From the NCBI GenBank assembly GCA_938044725.1, contig CALIOW010000258.1, positions 1-40,574 of the forward strand: 40,574 nucleotides of DNA, in the 5' to 3' direction. Made by a program: the position numbers and the translations under genes. The notes below the pieces were generated by a model that saw only the letters and a program-made list of their open reading frames with translations, was not told where the DNA came from and searched no databases. Below, piece after piece: positions 21,773 to 28,786 of this stretch (within the stretch, counting starts at the first letter, position 1; every line of letters starts with the position of its first letter). Source of the DNA: an uncultured Clostridia bacterium (GTDB lineage: Bacteria > Bacillota > Clostridia > UMGS1840).

Positions 21773-22882
21773 ATGATTATAGAATTTGAATGTCCGAAAG
21801 AAATACTTATGGAAAATCTTCTTATCGTACAAAAAGCGGTAGCTATGAAATCAGCTGTTCCGCAGCTTGAATGCTTCTATATAGAAGCGAAAAGCAACAA
21901 AATAACCGTTATAGGAAACAATTATGAAATATCTATAAAGACAGAATTTAACGCCGAAACTGAATCGGAAGGAAAAATACTTATAAATGCAAGGAACTTT
22001 TTCGATATGGTTCGCCTTATGCCCAGCGGCGATGTAAGAATTTCAGCCGATGACGATTATAAAGTTGAAATAAAAAATAACCGTACAAAATACGAAACAA
22101 TAGGAATGAGTACGGAAGCTTTTCCGATGAATGAAGATACGCAGTTTTCTTACAGCTTTAAAATAAAAGAAAAAAATCTTAAGGAGCTTATTAAGAAAAC
22201 ATATTTTTCTGTCGGAAACGACGACAAAAATCCGACGTTTAAAGGAGCTCTTTTTGAGGTTAAAGAGGATAATTTAAAGGTTGTTACAACCGATACTTTC
22301 AGAATGTCTCTTATAAACGAAGAAATTGTAAATGAGTGCGGTGAATATTCCTTTATAATTCCCGGCAAAAGCCTTAACGACCTCCTTAAAATAATGGGCG
22401 ACAGCGAAGAAGAAATGGAAGTTTCGTTCAGTGAAAAAAATGCTCTTATGAAGCTTAGAAACATAGAATTTTCAACAAGACTTATAGAAGGCGAATTTTT
22501 AAATTATGCGCATTTTATTCCGAATGAATCAAAAATAAAAGTTTATGTAGATACAAAAACTTTAAGCGAATCTTTGGAAAGATGCGCCCTTATCGTTACA
22601 CCCGACGCAAGAGAACACGTTAAAATGACGGTTACCGACAATAAAATAGAGCTTCTTACCGTATCAAGAGTTGGTAAAATAGAGGACTGTGTGGACGCTG
22701 TGAAAACAGGCGACGATATTGAGGTAGGATTTAACTATAAATTCGTCCTTGACGCTCTTAAGTCTATAGAAGAAGATAGAGTTTCTTTGAATTTTACAAA
22801 CAATTTAAGCCCTTGTATCATAAAATGTGATGATAACGACAGTTTTACGTATCTTGTTGTACCTGTAAGATTAAGAGATTAA
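21773..22882 (+). CDS. dnaN: DNA polymerase III beta sliding clamp
   Basis: 369 aa of three-domain length, immediately downstream of dnaA/oriC. C-terminal LVVPVRL-type ending. Confidence 0.9.
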   Translation: MIIEFECPKEILMENLLIVQKAVAMKSAVPQLECFYIEAKSNKITVIGNNYEISIKTEFNAETESEGKILINARNFFDMVRLMPSGDVRISADDDYKVEIKNNRTKYETIGMSTEAFPMNEDTQFSYSFKIKEKNLKELIKKTYFSVGNDDKNPTFKGALFEVKEDNLKVVTTDTFRMSLINEEIVNECGEYSFIIPGKSLNDLLKIMGDSEEEMEVSFSEKNALMKLRNIEFSTRLIEGEFLNYAHFIPNESKIKVYVDTKTLSESLERCALIVTPDAREHVKMTVTDNKIELLTVSRVGKIEDCVDAVKTGDDIEVGFNYKFVLDALKSIEEDRVSLNFTNNLSPCIIKCDDNDSFTYLVVPVRLRD

Positions 22883-22921
22883 TTTTTTTCAGACTTCAAA
22901 TCAAAGAAAGGAGTAAAAAAT

Positions 22922-23152
22922 ATGAAAAAAATAATAAAAATAGAAGGAATGAGCTGTGAACACTGCAAAAAAAGAGTGGAGGACGCACTTTCGGCAATCA
23001 GCGGTGTAAGCTCCGCCAAAGTAAATCTTAAAGAAAAAGAAGCGGTTGTTTCTTTAAAGGAAGAGGTTTCTGACGAAATTCTAAAAAATACGGTGAAAGA
23101 AGCAGGCTATGAACCCAAAAGCGTGGAAGTTAAAAAAGGACTTTTCTCGTGA
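22922..23152 (+). CDS. copZ: Heavy-metal-associated (HMA) copper chaperone CopZ-like
   Basis: 76 aa with GMSCEHC (MxCxxC) in a ferredoxin-like fold pattern. Confidence 0.85.
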   Translation: MKKIIKIEGMSCEHCKKRVEDALSAISGVSSAKVNLKEKEAVVSLKEEVSDEILKNTVKEAGYEPKSVEVKKGLFS

Positions 23153-23652
23153 TTATATATCCGTATCAGATTTACTTTTATCTTATAAAAAAGCCGGGCG
23201 ATTATTTCAAAAATATAGAAATTTCCTGGGAACAAAAGAATATTATCCCTTCAATAGATATGTATTTTCGTAAATTTTTATGGAGGTGCGATAAAAATGA
23301 AGAGGATAGTATTCTTTACGGGAATGAAAAGGAAACGTTTATAAAAGCTCTTCTTAATGATAATGAAAAATGTGAAATTATGTTTGCATTTGACTTAAGA
23401 ACGGTTAAAGAAGAGCTTTTTAATATAACGGCGGAATTCGCTTCGTTTAAAGAAGCTTGTTTTTTGACGCCCGATAAGGAAATAAAAAGGCCGAGCTTTA
23501 ATACTCTTATGGAAATAACCGTAAATTCCGCCGCTTGCAAATATTGCACGGAAGAAGAACCGAAGTATAAAGCTTTAAAAGATGAATTTTTGGTATCTGA
23601 AATTTATTTTTGGGAAAAATACGTAAAAAAACAGGATAAAATTGTTCCATGA
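23149..23652 (+). CDS. Hypothetical protein (167 aa), no recognisable family
   Basis: ORF with a GTG start overlapping the copZ stop and an AAGGA RBS 8 nt upstream. I see no motifs I recognise. Confidence 0.45.
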   Translation: MIIYPYQIYFYLIKKPGDYFKNIEISWEQKNIIPSIDMYFRKFLWRCDKNEEDSILYGNEKETFIKALLNDNEKCEIMFAFDLRTVKEELFNITAEFASFKEACFLTPDKEIKRPSFNTLMEITVNSAACKYCTEEEPKYKALKDEFLVSEIYFWEKYVKKQDKIVP

Positions 23653-23670
23653 GGAACAATTTTAAAAAAA
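23641..23670 (+). terminator. Weak stem-loop at the end of the 167-aa ORF
   Basis: ATTGTTCC-atga-GGAACAAT hairpin followed by only TTT and then an A-run. Confidence 0.35.
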
Positions 23671-23683
23671 TGAAGTATTTTTC

Positions 23684-23712
23684 TTGACAAAATTCTGTAA
23701 ATATGATATAAT
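23684..23712 (+). promoter_or_regulatory. Consensus SigA promoter of tRNA-Leu
   Basis: TTGACA (23684-23689), a 17-nt spacer, then TGa-TATAAT (23707-23712). Confidence 0.85.
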
Positions 23713-23735
23713 GCTTTATGCGTCAAAAATATTAT

Positions 23736-23820
23736 GCGGGTGTGGCGGAATTGGCAGACGCGCAAGATTTAGGTTCTTGTGTCATCCGGCGTGGGGGTTC
23801 AAGTCCCTTCACCCGCACCA
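23736..23820 (+). tRNA. tRNA-Leu (anticodon UAG), class II with a long variable arm and encoded CCA
   Basis: Acceptor GCGGGTG pairs with CACCCGC. The anticodon stem CAAGA/TCTTG has loop TTTAGGT. T-loop TTCAAGT and 3' ACCA are present. 85 nt. Confidence 0.9.
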
Positions 23821-23821
23821 T

Positions 23822-23872
23822 ACCGAGTGTTCTTACAGAACTTGAAAGGTTTTGTATGACACTCGGTTTTTT
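23822..23872 (+). terminator. Intrinsic terminator after tRNA-Leu
   Basis: ACCGAGTGT (23822-23830) pairs with ACACTCGGT (23859-23867), followed by TTTTT. Confidence 0.7.
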
Positions 23873-23881
23873 ATTGACTTT

Positions 23882-25585
23882 TTAACATGCGCAAGCGGCA
23901 AAATGAACATCTACGCCCTGTCTTGTGTGTACCGAAACATTGTTTTCGGGTAGCTTTTCAAGGTCGGGTATTTCAATATTGCCTATGCAATTATAGTGAA
24001 TTGTGAGCTGTTGAACGGTTTTACCGTCAATTTTTTCGGACTGATGTACTTCAATTTTTTCAATCAATTCGTTTAACATTCTCGGAGTAAGTTTTCTTGC
24101 TCTGGTATATTTACGGACAGAAGCCGTAAACATATCAGCCGTTACAGATTTACTTTTTTCGGTATTAAGTTCCGTTTCCAATTCCTTAATGCGTGCCGTG
24201 ACTTCTTTTTGCTCCGATTCGTATTTGACGGACAGTTTTGCAAATCTGTCATCGCTTATCTTGCCGGAAACATTGTCCTCATAGATATGCTCAAACAAAT
24301 TATCGAGTTCGTCGTTTCTTGCATTTAATATATTTAATTCTTTTTGCTTTAATTGTCTTTCCTGTTCTGCTGCTTTTATTGAGTGTCCCATAACAATTTT
24401 AGCAAATTCACCCTCATACTGCGTTGAAAGTTTTGTTAAACGTCTGATTTCGCCAAGCACAACCTTTTCCAAAAAATCAACCCGTATATAGTGCGTTGAG
24501 TTACAGATTTTCCGTTTACCTTTGTTATATCCCGAACAGTTAAAATATTCTATTTCGGGATTTGCTTGATTAAAGTGATACCATAAGTTACTGCCACAGT
24601 CAGCACACACAAGCAACCCGGCAAACATATTTTTTTCGCCGTCCGATTTCTGCTTTTTGCGTGTTTTTCTGCTCCGTCTTTCTTGTATTGTTTCCCATAC
24701 GCTTCGGTCAACAATAGGCTCGTGAACGTCTTTGAATACAACCCAATTTTCACGGTCATTTACTATGCGCTTTTTATTTTTGTATGACTTTGAATATGTT
24801 TTGAAATTCAAGACATCACCGCAATATTCTTGTTTTGTCAGAATTGAAACGATTGTTGAGCTTTTCCATTGACAGCTTAAAGTGTTTTTCGCACCCGGTC
24901 TGCCAATGCCTTTGCTTTGCCAATAGCTTGTGGGAATAAGGATATTTTCGCTTGCGAGAATATCCGCTATCTGATGAGGTCCGATTCCGTCCATTGTCAT
25001 ACTGAATATCCGTCTGACAACAGCGGCGGCTTCTTCATCAACAGCCCAGCTTTTGCTGCCGTCGGGATTTTTCATATATCCATACGGGGGCAATCCCATA
25101 GGCTCGCCTGCATTGCCTTTAATCTTATTGCTGATACGGCGTTTTTTTGAAATGTCCCTTGCGTACCATTCGTTAAAGAGATTTTTAATCGGAGCAAGTT
25201 CATTTTCGCCCTCTGCAGTGTCTATATTGTCTGATACTGCAACAAGCCTTATATCGTACTCCGGCAAAAATTCCTCTGTCAATTTTCCGACTTCAATATA
25301 ATTTCTGCCAAGTCTTGAAAGGTCTTTTACAAATACGGCTGATACCTTGTTGTCCTCAATCGCTTCAATCATTCGTATGTAATCGGGGCGTTCCATTGTT
25401 ACGCCGGAAATACCGTCGTCGCAAAAAATCAAGAGATTTGTATATCCCTTTTCTTTTGCAATTTTGGTTAGTAATTTTTTCTGATTTCCTATACTGTAAC
25501 TGTCGCCTTCCAAATTATCATCACGGGAAAGACGCACATACAAAGCTGCGGTAACTTCTCTTTTTTTATTTTTTGACTGTCTCAT
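23882..25585 (-). CDS. Large serine recombinase (integrase of the element)
   Basis: N-terminal resolvase catalytic domain (AALYVRLSRDD), recombinase domain, Cys-rich zinc-ribbon segment (CADCGS...C) and a C-terminal coiled coil. Start set at ATG 25585 with a GGAGGA RBS. Confidence 0.9.
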   Translation of the reverse strand: MRQSKNKKREVTAALYVRLSRDDNLEGDSYSIGNQKKLLTKIAKEKGYTNLLIFCDDGISGVTMERPDYIRMIEAIEDNKVSAVFVKDLSRLGRNYIEVGKLTEEFLPEYDIRLVAVSDNIDTAEGENELAPIKNLFNEWYARDISKKRRISNKIKGNAGEPMGLPPYGYMKNPDGSKSWAVDEEAAAVVRRIFSMTMDGIGPHQIADILASENILIPTSYWQSKGIGRPGAKNTLSCQWKSSTIVSILTKQEYCGDVLNFKTYSKSYKNKKRIVNDRENWVVFKDVHEPIVDRSVWETIQERRSRKTRKKQKSDGEKNMFAGLLVCADCGSNLWYHFNQANPEIEYFNCSGYNKGKRKICNSTHYIRVDFLEKVVLGEIRRLTKLSTQYEGEFAKIVMGHSIKAAEQERQLKQKELNILNARNDELDNLFEHIYEDNVSGKISDDRFAKLSVKYESEQKEVTARIKELETELNTEKSKSVTADMFTASVRKYTRARKLTPRMLNELIEKIEVHQSEKIDGKTVQQLTIHYNCIGNIEIPDLEKLPENNVSVHTRQGVDVHFAACAC

Positions 25586-25685
25586 AAAGTCCTCCTTTCT
25601 TGACAGCCAAATAAACAGTATTACCAATAATATTATACCGCGCTTTATTTGTTCTGTCAGCCGTATTCTGAAAATTTGTGAAGTT

Positions 25686-25847
25686 TTATTTCCCGTCCGT
25701 CATAAGACGGAGCAAAACCGTGCCCAAAGTATCGGTTGAGTTTTCTTTGAAAACAGGTTTAACTACAAAGGTGTTTTTGTCAAAATCATATTGTTTCGGT
25801 TGTTCCAATTCCGCATTATCCTTTTTAATATTTTCATTCTCATTCAT
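25686..25847 (-). CDS. Unannotated 53-aa TnpW-like transposon-encoded small protein
   Basis: Hand translation gives MNENENIKKDNAELEQPKQYDFDKNTFVVKPVFKENSTDTLGTVLLRLMTDGK*, with a GAGGT RBS 7 nt upstream. The C-terminal xTLxxxLLRLM pattern resembles the TnpW family as I recall it. It lies directly upstream of the recombinase. Confidence 0.55.
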   Translation of the reverse strand: MNENENIKKDNAELEQPKQYDFDKNTFVVKPVFKENSTDTLGTVLLRLMTDGK

Positions 25848-26294
25848 AGTCTTTTACCTCATACATATTTATGAATGTTTAACAACAGTCTGACAGCCGG
25901 TGGCACGGCTCACGGGACTTTCACCCTCCGCATAGTTCTTATGCAACCGCCCAATGCAGTGACGCGTTCAAGACGGGAGTATCATTATTTCATCATAGCG
26001 TCATTGCTGTGCAGAATTGCCTTTTATTTTGCATTTACGGTAAAAATGTTTCTCGCTCCGGCATAAAGGAAAATGAAGTTGATAATCTAAGCCCCTGCCA
26101 TCGTGGCGCACTTACTGTATAAGCTCTGCTATGACTGAATGTTGAAAGACTGTCTATACTGCGCCTATGCGCTTTCTTTGTCAAAGAACATTTATTATCA
26201 GCCTATCAAAACATACCCGATTTTGAATATGTTTTGATAGAATGATAATTATAATATCAGGAGCGTGGAAAGGGACACGCTCCGTCAATTTGAT

Positions 26295-26537
26295 TTACGC
26301 TACATTGAATTGCAAAATTTTTGTTATGAGCTTTGTTTCCAATCTGCGGCACATATCCTCATCAATGCACAAATGCGGATTCCCACTTTCGTCATATAAA
26401 GTTCTTGTTGCAAGCGCTGAAATATAGCCTGAATAATGTTTTAAGACAATATCCATAGCGGTTACATCACCGCTTGAAGCTGCTGCAATGACGGGGAAGG
26501 GCACTAAACTTCGGTCATTTGTTATCGTCTTGTTCAT
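26295..26537 (-). CDS. Conjugative-transposon helix-turn-helix protein (Tn916 orf8-like)
   Basis: 80 aa. AAASSGDVTAMDIVLKHYSGYISALATRTLYDESGN matches the Tn916 Orf8-type pattern. It overlaps the stop of the sigma-like gene. Confidence 0.75.
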   Translation of the reverse strand: MNKTITNDRSLVPFPVIAAASSGDVTAMDIVLKHYSGYISALATRTLYDESGNPHLCIDEDMCRRLETKLITKILQFNVA

Positions 26538-26955
26538 TGCTGCTGTCCTCCAATCTTTTCTTTAATGCTTTCAGAGAGCTTGTCCTTTGGTACTGTACTG
26601 TTTTACGCACCATATTCAGTTTTTCCGCAATTTCTCTGTCTGTCATATCAAGAAAATACGACAACAAGATAATATCACGCTTGCGTTCGGTCAGAGATTG
26701 CAGAGCTTTCGCCAATCGCTCATTTCTTACGGTTACACTGCCGCCTAAAATATCAAATATATACTCATCTGCAAAATACTCGTCTGATACGCATAAGGAT
26801 TGTAGCTCCTGCTCCGATAGTTCATCAAAGGATATTTCTTTGTTCCTGCGCCTGCTGTATTCTTTTTGAATATTGCAAGCTTCATTTTTTAATACCCTTT
26901 TACAGTAACAATCGAAAGTATGCTGTTTATGTATTTCGTGTTTTCCGGGTTTCAT
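26515..26955 (-). CDS. Sigma-70 region-4-type regulator (Tn916 orf7-like)
   Basis: 146 aa from ATG 26955 (GGAGGTGA RBS). The C-terminal segment ERKRDIILLSYFLDMTDREIAEKLNMVRKTVQYQRTSSLKALKK is a region-4 HTH. The track's 194-aa form has an implausible Cys/Phe-rich extension. Confidence 0.8.
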   Translation of the reverse strand: MKPGKHEIHKQHTFDCYCKRVLKNEACNIQKEYSRRRNKEISFDELSEQELQSLCVSDEYFADEYIFDILGGSVTVRNERLAKALQSLTERKRDIILLSYFLDMTDREIAEKLNMVRKTVQYQRTSSLKALKKRLEDSSNEQDDNK

Positions 26956-26990
26956 TTTCTCACCTCCTTTCGCTGCCGCAAAGGCGGTGA

Positions 26991-27037
26991 TTTGTTCCCT
27001 TTCATTATTACTACAACGAAACAAAAAATTTTGGCAA
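26991..27037 (-). promoter_or_regulatory. Candidate promoter of the orf7-like gene, carrying a conserved TTGTAGTAATAAT element
   Basis: On the minus strand: TTGCCA (27037-27032), an 18-nt spacer, then TAGTAA (27013-27008). The element TTGTAGTAATAATGAAAGGGAACAAA spans 27016-26991. Confidence 0.4.
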
Positions 27038-27065
27038 GGTTTTCGGTATATAGCCCAAAACATTT

Positions 27066-27117
27066 TTGGAAAAACACAAAAACATCCGATTGAACACAAA
27101 AGTTCAATCGGATGTTT
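27066..27117 (-). terminator. Strong intrinsic terminator/attenuator upstream of the orf7-like gene
   Basis: A 16-bp perfect stem (AAACATCCGATTGAAC 27080-27095 with GTTCAATCGGATGTTT 27102-27117) and a 6-nt loop. On the minus strand it is followed by TTTGTGTTTTT. Confidence 0.8.
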
Positions 27118-27308
27118 GATAAAATAATTCTATTGATATGATATAACATATCAATTTCAAAAGCAGCATTAGCCGTGTCAGAATAGTATTCATTTTTTAA
27201 TCTGGTGATTTTATAAACTTATATTCGCTGCTTCTGACAAGCAGCGAGTTGTTATTCCAGCGCACAAAAAATCCCTCCAAACATTGTCGGCGGGCTATAA
27301 TATAAAAA

Positions 27309-27344
27309 GCCAATAACCCACCTTTTTTGATGAGTTATCGGCTC
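27309..27344 (-). terminator. Intrinsic terminator of the Cys-rich KTR gene
   Basis: On the minus strand AGCCGATAAC pairs with GTTATTGGCT (one mismatch), followed by TTTTTA. It lies 14 nt after the stop. Confidence 0.6.
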
Positions 27345-27357
27345 TGCGTCTATGCAG

Positions 27358-27555
27358 TTAATTAGGCTTCTGCGTCTGTGCGTCCGGCTCTTTTATAATA
27401 GTTATATTAAATCGTTTTGCATTTATTAAAGTTTCATTTTTGCATTTCGGGCAGAACAAAGGAAAATTCCTTAATTCTGTATCTTCACGAAGCATTATCC
27501 GTGTTTTACTATGACATATCGGGCACAACACCCAATGTGCTAATTTTAGTTTCAA
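27358..27555 (-). CDS. Cysteine-rich KTR-type zinc-ribbon protein
   Basis: CPICHSKTR...CPKCKNE four-Cys pattern and a KEPDAQTQ tail. TTG 27555 (MKLKLAHW) fits the AAGGGG RBS spacing better than GTG 27564. Confidence 0.7.
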   Translation of the reverse strand: MKLKLAHWVLCPICHSKTRIMLREDTELRNFPLFCPKCKNETLINAKRFNITIIKEPDAQTQKPN

Positions 27556-27665
27556 TAAAATCACCCCTTTATAGATTTATATGAAATATTTAAGTAATTG
27601 TATTGATGTTACACATCATTTTGAAAATTGTATTTGAGGTGTAAAATATATATAGGTGATATGTT

Positions 27666-28022
27666 ATGTCAAAATCAATGCAACACTATGATTTCAAAGC
27701 ATTAGGTCAAGCGATAAAATCAGCAAGGTTAGCCGCCGGAATGACAAGAGAACAGTTAGGTCAGACGTTAAATCTTGCACCACGATACATTGTTTCAATC
27801 GAAAATGACGGGCAGCATCCGAGCTTGCAAGTTCTTTATGAACTTGTAACATTACTTAATGTATCGGTAGATCAATTTTTCTTTGATGATGTACCAAAGC
27901 GAACAACACTCCGTCGTCAAATCGACGGACTGCTTGACAGTATTTCTGAAAAAGATTTACCTATTATCGAAGCCACAGCACGAGGAATTATAGAAACGAG
28001 GACAGAAACGGAGGAACAATGA
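27666..28022 (+). CDS. XRE-family helix-turn-helix transcriptional regulator
   Basis: 118 aa. MTREQLGQTLNLAPRYIVSIENDGQHPSLQVLYELVTLL is an HTH_3-like core. It is divergent from the KTR gene. Confidence 0.85.
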   Translation: MSKSMQHYDFKALGQAIKSARLAAGMTREQLGQTLNLAPRYIVSIENDGQHPSLQVLYELVTLLNVSVDQFFFDDVPKRTTLRRQIDGLLDSISEKDLPIIEATARGIIETRTETEEQ

Positions 28023-28038
28023 CCTCCGTTTTTGTTTT
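28008..28038. terminator. Bidirectional terminator between XRE and the permease genes
   Basis: ACGGAGG (28008-28014) pairs with CCTCCGT (28023-28029), followed by TTTTTGTTTT. Confidence 0.65.
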
Positions 28039-28051
28039 ACCCACATTTTTA

Positions 28052-28786
28052 TCAAATATCTCTTTTACTCAAAATAGTGCTGCTTGTAATCATAAATATT
28101 GCTATATACACTATACAAATAATAACGAAAGACATATATCCCGATTTAATCAATTCCTGCGGTGCGTTTGAGTTCATTCCGTATGCCATAAGTGAATAAG
28201 GCCAGATATGCCCTAAATGCTTTGCAAGAAACACCATTCCGGACAGTCCTCCTCCGAGTGAAATTCCGACAGGAAGCGCAAAGCTCTTAATGAAAAGCGA
28301 AATCATAAGCTGTAAACTTGCCATAACCGAGCCTCCGAGCGTTCCAAAAAGACACCAAGTAATCAACTTATCACACGGAATAGCAGAAGTCAGACCTATA
28401 ACTTTGCCGGATATGACAAACAATGTGCATATCCATATTTCACTTAAAAATATCATAAATACTACTTGTATGAGTTTTGCAATAAATACAAGATTTTTTG
28501 AAACAGGCATAGATAAAACCTTATTCCAATTACGGTTATTTTCTTCCTGCCGCATTATGTATGACGAATATATACCTATCATTATCGGTAAAAAGAAATA
28601 ACAGGTAAACAGTGTGTGCTGTGTCCAAAGGCTAAACCATTCACTTTGTAATACTTCAATATTTGCTTTATAGTTTAATGTTCCGAGTAGTGCCGGTATA
28701 ATCGGCATAAATATAAATGCCAGCCAAAGCGGTGATCGCTTTAATTTTAATCTTTCTGCTTTTATTAGTTTATATAACATCTTCAA
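28052..28786 (-). CDS. Lantibiotic-immunity-type ABC-2 permease (MutG/LanG-like)
   Basis: 244-aa protein with six TM segments. It is translationally coupled to the upstream permease and ATPase. Confidence 0.7.
   Translation of the reverse strand: MKMLYKLIKAERLKLKRSPLWLAFIFMPIIPALLGTLNYKANIEVLQSEWFSLWTQHTLFTCYFFLPIMIGIYSSYIMRQEENNRNWNKVLSMPVSKNLVFIAKLIQVVFMIFLSEIWICTLFVISGKVIGLTSAIPCDKLITWCLFGTLGGSVMASLQLMISLFIKSFALPVGISLGGGLSGMVFLAKHLGHIWPYSLMAYGMNSNAPQELIKSGYMSFVIICIVYIAIFMITSSTILSKRDI

Noticed and set aside
25880-25935. Cobalamin riboswitch-like core (GGTGAAAGTCC ... GCCACCGG).
   Set aside because: This is only a loose resemblance to the B12 box. The surrounding helices are missing and there is no vitamin B12-related gene context.
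25875-26066. 63-aa plus-strand ORF in the non-coding gap.
   Set aside because: It has no RBS and an implausible composition, and it runs antisense to the direction of all neighbouring genes.
25848-26294. Group II intron (GTGCGCC 5'-end-like sequence and a GGGTGAAAGTCCC domain I-like motif on the minus strand).
   Set aside because: The region is too short. It has no reverse-transcriptase ORF and no 34-nt domain V hairpin with an AGC triad. The two motifs are also in the wrong relative positions, about 190 nt apart.
26297-26307. A third partial copy of the motif (AATGTAGCGTAA on the minus strand) at the orf8-like stop codon, and GTAGCGTTAA inside spo0J (about 18142-18151).
   Set aside because: These are single half-sites within coding sequence. 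Matches of 9-11 nt are expected by chance in an 80-kb two-strand search space.
26956-27099. The 48-codon N-terminal extension of the sigma-like ORF, and similar extensions of clpB, tatD, soj, the recombinase, the ABC ATPase and the kinase in the ORF track.
   Set aside because: In each case an internal ATG is preceded by a good Shine-Dalgarno sequence and matches the usual family N-terminus. The extensions overlap upstream genes or regulatory sites and encode implausible sequence.
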